From positions 1 through 64,000 of IMG/VR virus record IMGVR_UViG_3300030433_001574: a stretch of DNA of 64,000 nt; one strand, given 5' to 3'. Shown here in pieces: positions 27,423 through 36,474 of the stretch. Position 1 is the stretch's first letter. Each line of letters opens with the position of its first letter. The translations under genes and the position numbers were made by a program. Under the pieces are notes generated by a model. It had not been told where the DNA came from. It was given only the letters and a program-made list of their open reading frames with translations, and made no database searches. The DNA comes from a virus (Duplodnaviria; Caudoviricetes).

Positions 27423-27426
27423 TACT

Positions 27427-28179
27427 ATGACGAAACTAAGCATAAACAGAAAACAGTTGTTGGGCTTCCTATCGGAGTTCGGCAAGGCAGAGGACTTGCG
27501 AATACACTTCGATGACAAATCCATGACAGCATCAGTTGCTTTCATCTCCCACTACATAACGAAGACAAGAGAAGTAGACGGAGAGGTGAAAGAGAATGGT
27601 AACCTTGACATCACTGAACTGGTCAAGGTTCGTCAGTTCCTCAAGGCGGCGAAGGATGATGTCGTGAACATTTCACAGACAGGCTCAGCCAAGACACTGA
27701 ACATCACATGCGGGTCATCCAAGATTTCAATGCCTACGTCTTCAACAATCGTCAGTGCGGCTAAGGCTTCACTGTTTGAGAAGTTGATTGAGGAGGCTGA
27801 AGCCAGCGAGTGGACAAAGTTTCACTCGTGCGACCTGAGCGTATCAGGGGTTATCACACTGGATGAGTTGGCTACTGTATCGAAGATGCGAGGCATTCTC
27901 AACAGCAGTCCTATCTTCAAGATTACAGCCAACCCCAGTGAGAATGAGTTCCTCATATCATCGGGCAAGAGGCACGAAACCAAGTTGTTCACTACGCTTG
28001 AGTTGCGTGATTCTACTGGCCCAGTCACTGGTAGCGTGAGTTCTACATACGGCTCGTGGTTGATGGACAGCATCGCTTTACTGGGTGGTGGCGAGGCCAC
28101 CATACACATAGGCGAAGCGACTATCATCGCTCTTGAGAAAGATGATGACCTACTTGTTATCGTAGACCAACGAGCGTGA
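27427..28179 (+). CDS. Sliding clamp (PCNA-like)
   Basis: 250 aa, alpha/beta pattern, located between the RFC operon and polB; no strong motif. Confidence 0.6.
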   Translation: MTKLSINRKQLLGFLSEFGKAEDLRIHFDDKSMTASVAFISHYITKTREVDGEVKENGNLDITELVKVRQFLKAAKDDVVNISQTGSAKTLNITCGSSKISMPTSSTIVSAAKASLFEKLIEEAEASEWTKFHSCDLSVSGVITLDELATVSKMRGILNSSPIFKITANPSENEFLISSGKRHETKLFTTLELRDSTGPVTGSVSSTYGSWLMDSIALLGGGEATIHIGEATIIALEKDDDLLVIVDQRA

Positions 28180-28183
28180 TTGA

Positions 28184-30592
28184 ATGATTATCGACTGGTA
28201 TTACCCTGCTGAGTCTGACAACTTTGGACAACCCAATCTCTACCTACGGACTCGTGACAAAGAAGGCACACTGCACGAAGAGCACATATGGCCTGAAGAC
28301 GAGAGGTATGTGAAACCACACTGCTGGATTCCAGTGAACACACCTGAGTGGAAACTCAATCGTATGATGGCTCGATACCCCAGTGCTCAGATTCATCGGA
28401 GTATTCGTGCCACTGGTATCGACAAGACCCCACTTATGAAGGTCGAAGTGGACAGACCTACTGACTTATGGGACATCAAAGATGAGATGCCTACTTATGA
28501 AGCAGACTTGAATTATCTCGACCAAGTGCTACTGCAACTCTATCCTGAGAAGTTACCTGAGTTCAAGCCACGAGTGTGGTATTTTGATTTGGAGTGGGAC
28601 ACCAAAGATGACTTCACATCCGTCATGGCTGTTGTAGACAGCGACCTTGAGACTCCTGTTGTATTCGCATGGGCTGATGAGGAAAGAACCAACTGTCCTC
28701 ATCCAACACACATCGTAAGTGCGAGGCACATGAAGGTGCGTGATGAAGAATACATACTGCAAATCTACCCTTCCGAAGCGGAGATGCATGAAGCCTTCAT
28801 CAAATTTCTACACAAGCGTGACCCTGACATTCTCGTAGCCCATGCTATCATGTGGGCTGACTTACCGCATCTGATGCGTAGACTGAAAGACCCTGACCAA
28901 CTCTCACCACTCGGTCAAGTGATTCGACCATTCAAAGGTAGAGATGGCTACAAGGACACTCAACAGCCCATCAAGGGTAGGCTGTGCTGGGACTCAGCGG
29001 CTCACTGGAAGAGTGGTAGTGGTTTTGAAACGCTATGGCAAAAATCAGGTCGTGGGCAACTACCTAACCGTAAGTTGAATACCATAGCAGAATTGCTTGG
29101 ACTTGGTAGTAAACTGACAGAAGAGATTGAGGGCATGACCGTTCACAATGGTTGGTATGAATACTGGAGTTATTTCGTAGATTACTGTCTCCTCGATACC
29201 ACGTTACTGCGTGACATCGACAAGAAACTCAACGCTATTGACTTCTTCGTTGCTACTCAGCAGTTGTGTGGTGTCTCGTGGGCGAGCACACACAAAGTTA
29301 CTCGATACTTCAGAGGGCTTGTTGGTAGAAGGACGGACAAGAAAGCCAAGAGTGCCATGAACCAGCGACGTGAAAAACTCACTGCCGCCCACATTCCCGA
29401 CCCTATACCGGGTCGTCACGAAGGCGTAGCCATTGTGGACTATGCTTCTCTCTATCCTAACATCATCCTCTCCGACAATCTCTCCTACGAGACAAAGCGT
29501 GACCAACCTACAGAGACTACCAAGACACTGGGCGATGGCTCACACTGGTGTCAGAAGGAGAAGGGTCTACTCCCTGCTATCGTAGAAGAGATGCTTGAAC
29601 TGCGTGCTGAATACAAGAGACTCATGCGTGAGGCTACAGACCCTGATGAGAAACTCGGTTACGACATGATGCAAACAGCGGCGAAGGTTCTCGTCAATGC
29701 GCTCTACGGTATGACTGGGATGAAAGCCCTGCAAGGTATGTGGATTGACAACGACATAGCCGCCGCTATCACACACAGAGGGCGTGAATGTATTCACCAC
29801 CTACTGACTGAAAGTGAAGAGCAGGGTTACAAATCGCTCTACGGTCACACAGATTCAGCCTTTATCCAAGTTCCCTTTGATAAAGCGACATCGCTTGCAG
29901 AGCACTTGACCAAGACTGCTAAGGACAAACTTGAGTTACCAACAATGGAAGTTGAACTTGAGGCTTACTTCGATTACTGGACGACTGCACCAGTGAAGAA
30001 TCGTTACTTTGGTATCAAGGTGTGGCCTGAGAAGAGCAAAGGTGAGATGAAGATTGCTGGCTATGAAATCAAAGCCTCCAGTTCTTCACGTTTGACCAAG
30101 CACATTCAACAAGTGGCTATGCAAATGATAGGCACTGGTGCTGATGAGACGGCTGTTACTGACGTGCTGAGAGAGATAAGCCTCCAAGTCAAGAACGGCG
30201 AGATACCGATTGAGGACGTGGCTTGCTCGTCTCGATTGACGATGGATTTCAAGGACTACAAGAGCCTACCCGCACCAGCCAAAGCCGCCATGTATTACAA
30301 CCAACACGTTGCCACCAACGCTGAAGAGCGATGGAGCAAAGGCGACAGTGTATCATGGATTTATGTCAAGGGCTTCAACAATGACGTGCCTGACTACTAC
30401 ACACTCAAAGGAGAGCGAAAGAAGGTAGACTTCGTTGCTTTCCGTGATAAAGCGGAGTTGGAGAACTACACCATAGACTGGGACAAAGTGCTCAGTGTGA
30501 TGGTTAAATCTAAACTCATGCGAATCTACGAGAGCCTTGACTGGGCGCTTGACGCTGCTTCAGGAGCGACAATGCCAAAGTCATATTTTTGA
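28184..30592 (+). CDS. polB: Family B DNA polymerase
   Basis: Exonuclease FDLE, YCLLD; DYASLYPNII, KVLVNALYG, YGHTDS, KNRY. Confidence 0.97.
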   Translation: MIIDWYYPAESDNFGQPNLYLRTRDKEGTLHEEHIWPEDERYVKPHCWIPVNTPEWKLNRMMARYPSAQIHRSIRATGIDKTPLMKVEVDRPTDLWDIKDEMPTYEADLNYLDQVLLQLYPEKLPEFKPRVWYFDLEWDTKDDFTSVMAVVDSDLETPVVFAWADEERTNCPHPTHIVSARHMKVRDEEYILQIYPSEAEMHEAFIKFLHKRDPDILVAHAIMWADLPHLMRRLKDPDQLSPLGQVIRPFKGRDGYKDTQQPIKGRLCWDSAAHWKSGSGFETLWQKSGRGQLPNRKLNTIAELLGLGSKLTEEIEGMTVHNGWYEYWSYFVDYCLLDTTLLRDIDKKLNAIDFFVATQQLCGVSWASTHKVTRYFRGLVGRRTDKKAKSAMNQRREKLTAAHIPDPIPGRHEGVAIVDYASLYPNIILSDNLSYETKRDQPTETTKTLGDGSHWCQKEKGLLPAIVEEMLELRAEYKRLMREATDPDEKLGYDMMQTAAKVLVNALYGMTGMKALQGMWIDNDIAAAITHRGRECIHHLLTESEEQGYKSLYGHTDSAFIQVPFDKATSLAEHLTKTAKDKLELPTMEVELEAYFDYWTTAPVKNRYFGIKVWPEKSKGEMKIAGYEIKASSSSRLTKHIQQVAMQMIGTGADETAVTDVLREISLQVKNGEIPIEDVACSSRLTMDFKDYKSLPAPAKAAMYYNQHVATNAEERWSKGDSVSWIYVKGFNNDVPDYYTLKGERKKVDFVAFRDKAELENYTIDWDKVLSVMVKSKLMRIYESLDWALDAASGATMPKSYF

Positions 30593-30601
30593 GGTGATAA
30601 A

Positions 30602-30745
30602 ATGAAAAAGACAAGACAAACAACACTGGACGAATACGGACTGACAACTGATGGACGAAGACAAACCAAACTCACTGAGTTTGGAATGACGTTTGAAGTT
30701 GATATAAAAAGGAACAGTAAAGACGATGTTGGTGAGGAAGAATGA
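30602..30745 (+). CDS. 47-aa tandem PIP-box microprotein (not in ORF track)
   Basis: MKKTRQTTLDEYGLTTDGRRQTKLTEFGMTFEVDIKRNSKDDVGEEE; GAGGTGA RBS; ATGA overlap with next gene. Confidence 0.7.
   Translation: MKKTRQTTLDEYGLTTDGRRQTKLTEFGMTFEVDIKRNSKDDVGEEE
30698..30716 (+). promoter_or_regulatory. Conserved TATA promoter motif, copy 11 (variant)
   Basis: GTTGATATAAAAAGGAACA. Confidence 0.75.
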
Positions 30746-30927
30746 GTAAGAAGCGAGTTAAATTCACTGGGATAATAGACATAGACGAATCTGAATTACA
30801 AGACGGACATCTAAGTTCTTTGTATGAAGCATATGGATGGACACTTGAAGATGTGGTGAAGGATAACATGAATCGACCTACCACACCTGTCAATTTCTCT
30901 ATCACTGACGCAGAGGTGGTTGAATGA
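30742..30927 (+). CDS. Hypothetical protein
   Basis: RBS and overlaps. Confidence 0.65.
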   Translation: MSKKRVKFTGIIDIDESELQDGHLSSLYEAYGWTLEDVVKDNMNRPTTPVNFSITDAEVVE

Positions 30928-31340
30928 GTGAAGAGACTTTCAAAATCAAATGTGCCAAGATTGCAGGTAAGGTAGTGAACCTACTCGCTGAGAAGAATGC
31001 TCAGTATGGCGACAGTGCCTTCGACCCTATCCGTTTCTTCAGTGACCTTCCTCCTGATGCTGGCTTAAGAGTCAGGATTGATGACAAACTCAGTAGGCTC
31101 ATGCGTGGAAGCGATACCATCGAGTCTGACATTGATGTGATTGAAGACTTGATTGGTTACTTCATTCTCTTGCGCCTGACAATGGATGACGAGGAAACAG
31201 ATGAGGTATACAAAGACTCAGGACTTGACAAGTTGAAGCCACGTTACAACCATCCTTCTAAGCGAACACCATTTGACTACGAGGCGGCTCGTAACTACGT
31301 TCCTCCTCCACGATACAACAAATTCGGAGATGACAAGTGA
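30924..31340 (+). CDS. DUF1599/Nmad1-like (MazG-like) protein
   Basis: LLAEKNAQYGDS..RIDDKLSRL..EDLIGYFILL. Confidence 0.75.
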   Translation: MSEETFKIKCAKIAGKVVNLLAEKNAQYGDSAFDPIRFFSDLPPDAGLRVRIDDKLSRLMRGSDTIESDIDVIEDLIGYFILLRLTMDDEETDEVYKDSGLDKLKPRYNHPSKRTPFDYEAARNYVPPPRYNKFGDDK

Positions 31341-32299
31341 TGCGCTGGAATCCTAACGAAGAAGAGGATGAGCCATACAAATATCCTGAGATGCTTGAGT
31401 CATACGAGAAGAGCCTATACAACTGGCAACCTGAGATGACCGACAAGATACTTCGTGTATCAAAGTCCTCACTCAGCACATTCGATTTTTGTCCGAAGCA
31501 GTATTATTTTGAGAAGATACTGGGGATGAGAGGCGAAGACCAAGACCATCATATCCGTGGGTCAAACGTCCACGACGCAGTTGAATACTTTTGGAAAGCC
31601 TCGTCAGATAATCTACAAACAGTGAACGACCTCATTAGCAAGGGCAATCTCAACTTAGCGAAGAAGGAGTTGCGTAAGTCACTACCTAAGCCTCCTACGC
31701 CCTACGTTTTTGGTGAAGAGCCTCAACTTAATCTGTATGTAGACTGGCAGTTTGAACGGCTGTTACATATGCAAGGCAACTCAAGAGACTGGTTTCCTAT
31801 CGCCAATGAAGTAGAGGTTCACTCAAAGCGAATTGTGGTAGCCAGTGACGGAACGGAAGTGCCGATTCACATGAAGGGTTACATTGACCGTATCTTCATT
31901 GATGAAGACCACACTGGTATTATCCTGATGGAGTTGAAGACTGGTAAGTGGGTTGAGCGTAAGCGCTCTCAGATGCGTGCGGAGATGCAGTTCTACCGTA
32001 TGATGCTGGAGCACAGCCCTCACATCGAATTCCTACCAGTCGTCGGCTGGGGTTGGCAGTTTCCCGGCGGGGGTATCAACGGAGGCGACGGCCCTCTATG
32101 GGATTACGAGAGTGTGAAAGGGCCGGGTGGTCGCTACGCTCCTAAGACCGTAGAGAAGAGACTCGTGCGATTGGTCGATGCACACTTGAAAGATGACTTC
32201 CCTGCTGAGGCTCACGAGAACAAGTGTGCTTGGTGTGATTTCATGGAACTATGCCCTGCTTGGATGGGCGAGTTGGCTATTGACCCTGAAGACATGTGA
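31337..32299 (+). CDS. PD-(D/E)xK exonuclease, Cas4/AddB-like with Fe-S cysteines
   Basis: FCPKQY, GSNVH, GYIDRI, ELKTG, QFY, CAWCDFMELC. Confidence 0.88.
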   Translation: MMRWNPNEEEDEPYKYPEMLESYEKSLYNWQPEMTDKILRVSKSSLSTFDFCPKQYYFEKILGMRGEDQDHHIRGSNVHDAVEYFWKASSDNLQTVNDLISKGNLNLAKKELRKSLPKPPTPYVFGEEPQLNLYVDWQFERLLHMQGNSRDWFPIANEVEVHSKRIVVASDGTEVPIHMKGYIDRIFIDEDHTGIILMELKTGKWVERKRSQMRAEMQFYRMMLEHSPHIEFLPVVGWGWQFPGGGINGGDGPLWDYESVKGPGGRYAPKTVEKRLVRLVDAHLKDDFPAEAHENKCAWCDFMELCPAWMGELAIDPEDM

Positions 32300-32308
32300 G
32301 GTGAAGAT

Positions 32309-32614
32309 ATGGATAGAGAGGGACTTATCACAGTCTGTAAACTCATGGAGAAGGCGTTAAGCAAGATATGGCCGTTCTACACGTTCACAGTCGAATACTC
32401 ACTTCTTTCACGGAGTAGGCAAATCAGAATCCACACTACATCACGGATAATAAATGAAGATGATTTTGATGCCACAGTGGAGGTTAGAGGCTTGGTTTTT
32501 GAAGTCCTTGTTCATCCGTCAAGACTGACATCACAATACATTGACGAAACCTTTGATGATGTCGTTAGTAGATTGTTAGAAGAAATCACACTCATAGAAA
32601 GCGTAGAGGATTGA
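32309..32614 (+). CDS. Hypothetical protein
   Basis: GAGGTGA RBS. Confidence 0.65.
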   Translation: MDREGLITVCKLMEKALSKIWPFYTFTVEYSLLSRSRQIRIHTTSRIINEDDFDATVEVRGLVFEVLVHPSRLTSQYIDETFDDVVSRLLEEITLIESVED

Positions 32615-32618
32615 TACA

Positions 32619-33734
32619 ATGGGCTTCATCACACTGGACTTTCCTCGTGAGGTGCTTGAGATAGCATCAAACGGAAAGCAGGGTGGTCGCTACTGCGTAA
32701 AGAACTGGCAAGAGTTGGAGCGATACTGGAAGGGCAAGAACGGTAGTGGTAACGTCTACTTCACAGCATACGGTTATCGTGCCACTAAACCACCGAGAAA
32801 CCACAGAGTAGACTACGACACACCAATCATCCGTCACTTCGTCATGGACTTCGATTGTAAGGACTTCAAGCAGAGAGGTGCGGAGGTAGATTTTTCGTTC
32901 ATGCACGAACAGGTTAAAAGGCTACATCGTTTTTTGCTCAGTGAAGACATTCGCCACTTCGTATGGTTCAGTGGCGGTGGCTTCCACATTTGGATTCCGC
33001 TACAGAACATACACACCCCATCAGATGGCTACAGCGTAGCGAGAGTCAAAGAGGGTGGTAGGAAACTCATAGCCTCGTGGCACAAGAAACTCTCACTCTC
33101 TTGCAACGACCCTACTGTCGCCTTCGATACGTCAGGTATGATTCGCATTCCGAACTCATACAACAGTAGACGAGGATGCTGGAGCATACCACTCGACTCT
33201 GATTCTATTCTCAACCTCACGCACGATGGCTTGATGGAGAAAGCCCAAGAGCCTGTCAGTGGTTACATCGAGCATGGTCAAAACAATGTTGCTATTAAAG
33301 TAGCAGAGCGTAGAAGTCCATTCAAGAAGACGATTGAGAAGGTCGAAGGGCTACCTGACATTACGTTGGGTGACATCATCGTGCTCCCATGTCTCGCACA
33401 GTCAGCCCTCGGTGAAGGTAACCCGACACACAAGGCGAGGTTTCACTTAGCATCGTATCTCGCCGCACGACTGCGTTGGTTTTATCCACCTGATGCCATC
33501 GAAGATGATGTGAAGGCTGAACATGTCAATCGCATCTGTGCCATCATAGAAGAGCAGGGATGGGTTGATTACTCCCCTCGTATTACTCGTGAACAAGTAG
33601 AGAACATCGTCTTTGGCGGCGCTGGTAACAACGGTTATTCAGCCGCATCGTGCGCTACGCTTGAATACGATGGGCTTTGCAGTGGTAGATGTCGATACTT
33701 TGACGGTAGCATAGGTGATACAGATGGTGACTAA
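32619..33734 (+). CDS. Archaeo-eukaryotic primase, catalytic domain fused to PriL-like Fe-S domain
   Basis: DFD, SGGGFH, RIPNS; C-terminal LPCL..H..R..SC..LCSGRC. Confidence 0.85.
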   Translation: MGFITLDFPREVLEIASNGKQGGRYCVKNWQELERYWKGKNGSGNVYFTAYGYRATKPPRNHRVDYDTPIIRHFVMDFDCKDFKQRGAEVDFSFMHEQVKRLHRFLLSEDIRHFVWFSGGGFHIWIPLQNIHTPSDGYSVARVKEGGRKLIASWHKKLSLSCNDPTVAFDTSGMIRIPNSYNSRRGCWSIPLDSDSILNLTHDGLMEKAQEPVSGYIEHGQNNVAIKVAERRSPFKKTIEKVEGLPDITLGDIIVLPCLAQSALGEGNPTHKARFHLASYLAARLRWFYPPDAIEDDVKAEHVNRICAIIEEQGWVDYSPRITREQVENIVFGGAGNNGYSAASCATLEYDGLCSGRCRYFDGSIGDTDGD

Positions 33735-33972
33735 ACATAGAATGCATGGGTATCACTGCTCAGTATGTGGCGGTGCAACCAGTAGAAGAAACAGACAAAA
33801 GGTGAAGTTAAACATCTGTGCCACCTGTAAAGAAAACGTAGACGCACTCCCTGACCACTTTCGTTGTAAAGGCACGACCAGTAGGGGAACAAGATGCCGT
33901 CAAGTCGTTCACGATGACTATTGCCATAATCATAAACATCAAGCAAAGGGTGACAAAGATGCCGAAACCTGA
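33724..33972 (+). CDS. Zn-finger protein
   Basis: CSVC..CATC, C..TSRGTRC..YCHNH. Confidence 0.7.
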   Translation: MVTKHRMHGYHCSVCGGATSRRNRQKVKLNICATCKENVDALPDHFRCKGTTSRGTRCRQVVHDDYCHNHKHQAKGDKDAET

Positions 33973-34669
33973 CCTAATTATTGACTCAAACGAAAGAGGA
34001 ACACTATGCGAATCAATAGAGCGTAGAGCCAAGAAAGAAGGATTGAACGTCGTTAGACAGCCTCTCGTTGTCGGTGACTACCTGTTAGGCGCTGCTTGCG
34101 TAGAGGCAAAGAGCGTTACGGACTTGTTTCAATCGAGTCACAGCGGTCATCTATGGCGACAATTGGACAACATGGATGCCAACTACGAGCGCTTCTTCCT
34201 CGTCATTCATGGCTCGATAGCCAAGTATGTGGCCTTCGCCAAGAAGCAGGGTCGATTCCTAACCCACAGTAGGGTGCAAAACGAACTCACTGGCACGATT
34301 GCTCGCATCATGGCTGACTTCGACTGTCAAGTTTTCTTCACTGCTAACGTCAGCGAAGCGGCCATGTTCATCACAAAGTTGCACAACAAGTTGCACAAAC
34401 CAGCCAGTAAGCATGGTGCTCATGCTATTCGTAGGGTATCTACGAATGACGTGCGTGTGGACATGTTGCTCACAATACCCGGTGTGGGTGCTGAGTTGGC
34501 TGAGCGTTTATTGGACAAGTGTGGTAACTTGGAAGAGATGTGCTTTCCTGAGTCATTGAAGCAGGTAAAGGGTCTTGGTGAGAAGAAAAGGCAACTCATT
34601 GTCAATGTTTTGACCAGCGAATCACCTGTTCATATTGAGCGAAAAGTCAGGCGCAAGAGGGGTATTTAA
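33959..34669 (+). CDS. XPF/ERCC4 structure-specific endonuclease with HhH motifs
   Basis: IIDSNE, VGDY, VEAKS; TIPGVG, QVKGLGEK. Confidence 0.9.
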   Translation: MPKPDLIIDSNERGTLCESIERRAKKEGLNVVRQPLVVGDYLLGAACVEAKSVTDLFQSSHSGHLWRQLDNMDANYERFFLVIHGSIAKYVAFAKKQGRFLTHSRVQNELTGTIARIMADFDCQVFFTANVSEAAMFITKLHNKLHKPASKHGAHAIRRVSTNDVRVDMLLTIPGVGAELAERLLDKCGNLEEMCFPESLKQVKGLGEKKRQLIVNVLTSESPVHIERKVRRKRGI

Positions 34670-34699
34670 AGCAACATCGTGATACATAGTTGTATAGCC

Positions 34700-34788
34700 T
34701 GTCCGATGTCTTGTCTATACACTATGATTATATGCTGAGTAGAATAGAAGCATAATGTTCAGACGATACAACGGACAATCAAGACAAC
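34700..34788. other. Candidate origin-like element B, upstream of MCM-like helicase
   Basis: TGTCCG/TGTCT on the left, CGGACAA/AGACAAC on the right, AT-rich core; inverted homolog of 258-350. Confidence 0.5.
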
Positions 34789-34799
34789 CAAGATTGAAA

Positions 34800-34818
34800 G
34801 TTGATATATAAAGGAACA
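34800..34818 (+). promoter_or_regulatory. Conserved TATA promoter motif, copy 12
   Basis: GTTGATATATAAAGGAACA. Confidence 0.85.
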
Positions 34819-34836
34819 GTAAGAGGTAGAGATATT

Positions 34837-36243
34837 ATGAGAGAAGCACAAGATTACATGGCAGTCAAGAACTACCCGTTCTTCGATGGCTACGTTGAAA
34901 GATTTAGTAGAACGAGTATTGACAACGACATCCCAGCGATGCTATCATTCTTTTACATACAAGGACAGATAGCCGCACCCTTCATTCGTATACCGTGGGA
35001 TGCAAGCCACCTTGACCCACGAGTCCACGTCTTTTGGATTCAACCATCAAGGACTGGTAAGTCCGTAGCATGGGAGTTTGTAGGTGACGTATTGAAGGAC
35101 TGCGGTTTAACTCAGGATATGTATACGTCAGGGTCTGACGCTGGGTTGATTGGTGGTGTCACCAATGAGACAGTGGTAGACGAGAACGGTAAGAAAGAAC
35201 AAATCGCTGTGCAAACAGAGGGAATGCTTGCTGGTCAGAAGGCACTGAACTTTGACGAGGGTAGTATCATCCTCAATCCCGGCAAGCACTCACAAGAGAC
35301 TGTCCTGTATCTACAGTCAGCGTGCAACCCGATTGGTAGCAACTCAAACATTCTTGTCAAGCACTTGAGTGGTCGTCGTATCGAGACTGAATCGCTTGTC
35401 TCACTGTGGATTACAACCTACCCACCTGCTGGTGTCAAGGAGTATGTTTTGACGAAGGGTATCTTCCAACGTGTTCTGTTGTATTGGTCTGACTGGGACA
35501 TGGACAGACGTATGGGAGTCAGTATGAAACGTATGGAGCGTGCATTCACGAAGACCCCTAAGCAAAAGTTGTCCTACGAGGAGATTATTGACTACTTCAC
35601 TGGGCTTGAAAAGCGACTGCGTGACCGAGTTCTGAACCTGACTGAGATTTCATTCACTGAATGGGATGGTATGACTCGTGAAGAACAAGAAGATGTCGTC
35701 CAGTCTGTCATGAACGAGATGTTCACAGCCGACGAGTCATTCTATGTGGCTACATACGACTTGGTTGAGGACTTGTATTCGCTACTGGATGGTTTGAACT
35801 TCGCTATCGGTAACGTCGTTGCATCGTTCATTCCCGCTATGGAGAACTACTCAGTCATCCTCGCTACTCACATCGCCATGATGGATGAGAAGTGGGTTAT
35901 CACTGGTGAGCATCTTGACATGGCGAAGGAGATTATCTACGACCTGTTCAAGAATCTGATTCTATGGCTTGAAGGTGAGGTTGAAGTCGGTGCTAAGCAA
36001 ACTGAGAAGGCCAACCATGCAAAGAACTGGGTCAATGCATACAACACAGTTGCACCAGTCGAATTGGATAAGCGTGGCGAAGGCTGGCGTAAGAAGTCGG
36101 CTGTCATCAAGCAATACTGTATCGCTGAGCAAGTTACTCGTGGCACTGCGTTCAATCGCTTCTCCAAGTGGGGCGCTCACATGTTCGATGCGGCTAAGGA
36201 TGGCTCTACCGTCTACATCCGTCAAAAGGAGGTGGATGCATGA
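34837..36243 (+). CDS. MCM-like AAA+ ATPase / replicative helicase
   Basis: QPSRTGKS, SGSDAGLIGG, GML, NFDE, IFQR. Confidence 0.7.
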   Translation: MREAQDYMAVKNYPFFDGYVERFSRTSIDNDIPAMLSFFYIQGQIAAPFIRIPWDASHLDPRVHVFWIQPSRTGKSVAWEFVGDVLKDCGLTQDMYTSGSDAGLIGGVTNETVVDENGKKEQIAVQTEGMLAGQKALNFDEGSIILNPGKHSQETVLYLQSACNPIGSNSNILVKHLSGRRIETESLVSLWITTYPPAGVKEYVLTKGIFQRVLLYWSDWDMDRRMGVSMKRMERAFTKTPKQKLSYEEIIDYFTGLEKRLRDRVLNLTEISFTEWDGMTREEQEDVVQSVMNEMFTADESFYVATYDLVEDLYSLLDGLNFAIGNVVASFIPAMENYSVILATHIAMMDEKWVITGEHLDMAKEIIYDLFKNLILWLEGEVEVGAKQTEKANHAKNWVNAYNTVAPVELDKRGEGWRKKSAVIKQYCIAEQVTRGTAFNRFSKWGAHMFDAAKDGSTVYIRQKEVDA

Positions 36244-36404
36244 AGTGTGTCTGTTGCGAGAAAGAGGCAAAATTCGATGACCACACCGCTATAGGTGTGA
36301 GACATTTTTGTAGTGAGAAGTGCTGGGCTGAATACAATGGTGTGCCAGTCCAACCTGAAGGACACTACGGTTTCATCAACAAAGCAGTAGGATGGTGGGC
36401 ATGA
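36240..36404 (+). CDS. 54-aa TRASH/MYM-type Zn-finger microprotein (not in ORF track)
   Basis: MKCVCCEK...HFCSEKCWAEY; GGAGGTG RBS. Confidence 0.65.
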   Translation: MKCVCCEKEAKFDDHTAIGVRHFCSEKCWAEYNGVPVQPEGHYGFINKAVGWWA

Positions 36405-36474
36405 TGGATAACTCCGAAGAATTGAAGGTTTACATTGAGACAGAGGAGTTCATCTACTGGGAATACTGGGAGGC

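Noticed and set aside
31337-32299. Cas4 as evidence of a CRISPR-Cas system
   Set aside because: Stand-alone Cas4-like nuclease in a replication module; no cas1/cas2 or array
878-34818. 19-bp repeat as a CRISPR array or attC-like sites
   Set aside because: Copies are dispersed kilobases apart, sit at a near-fixed distance before start codons and contain a TATA box; there is no spacer periodicity and no integrase
879-34837. Shared N-terminal peptide MIYKAT/LIYKGT in several ORF-track proteins
   Set aside because: Artefact of translating the promoter motif from TTG or upstream starts; the likely starts are downstream ATGs
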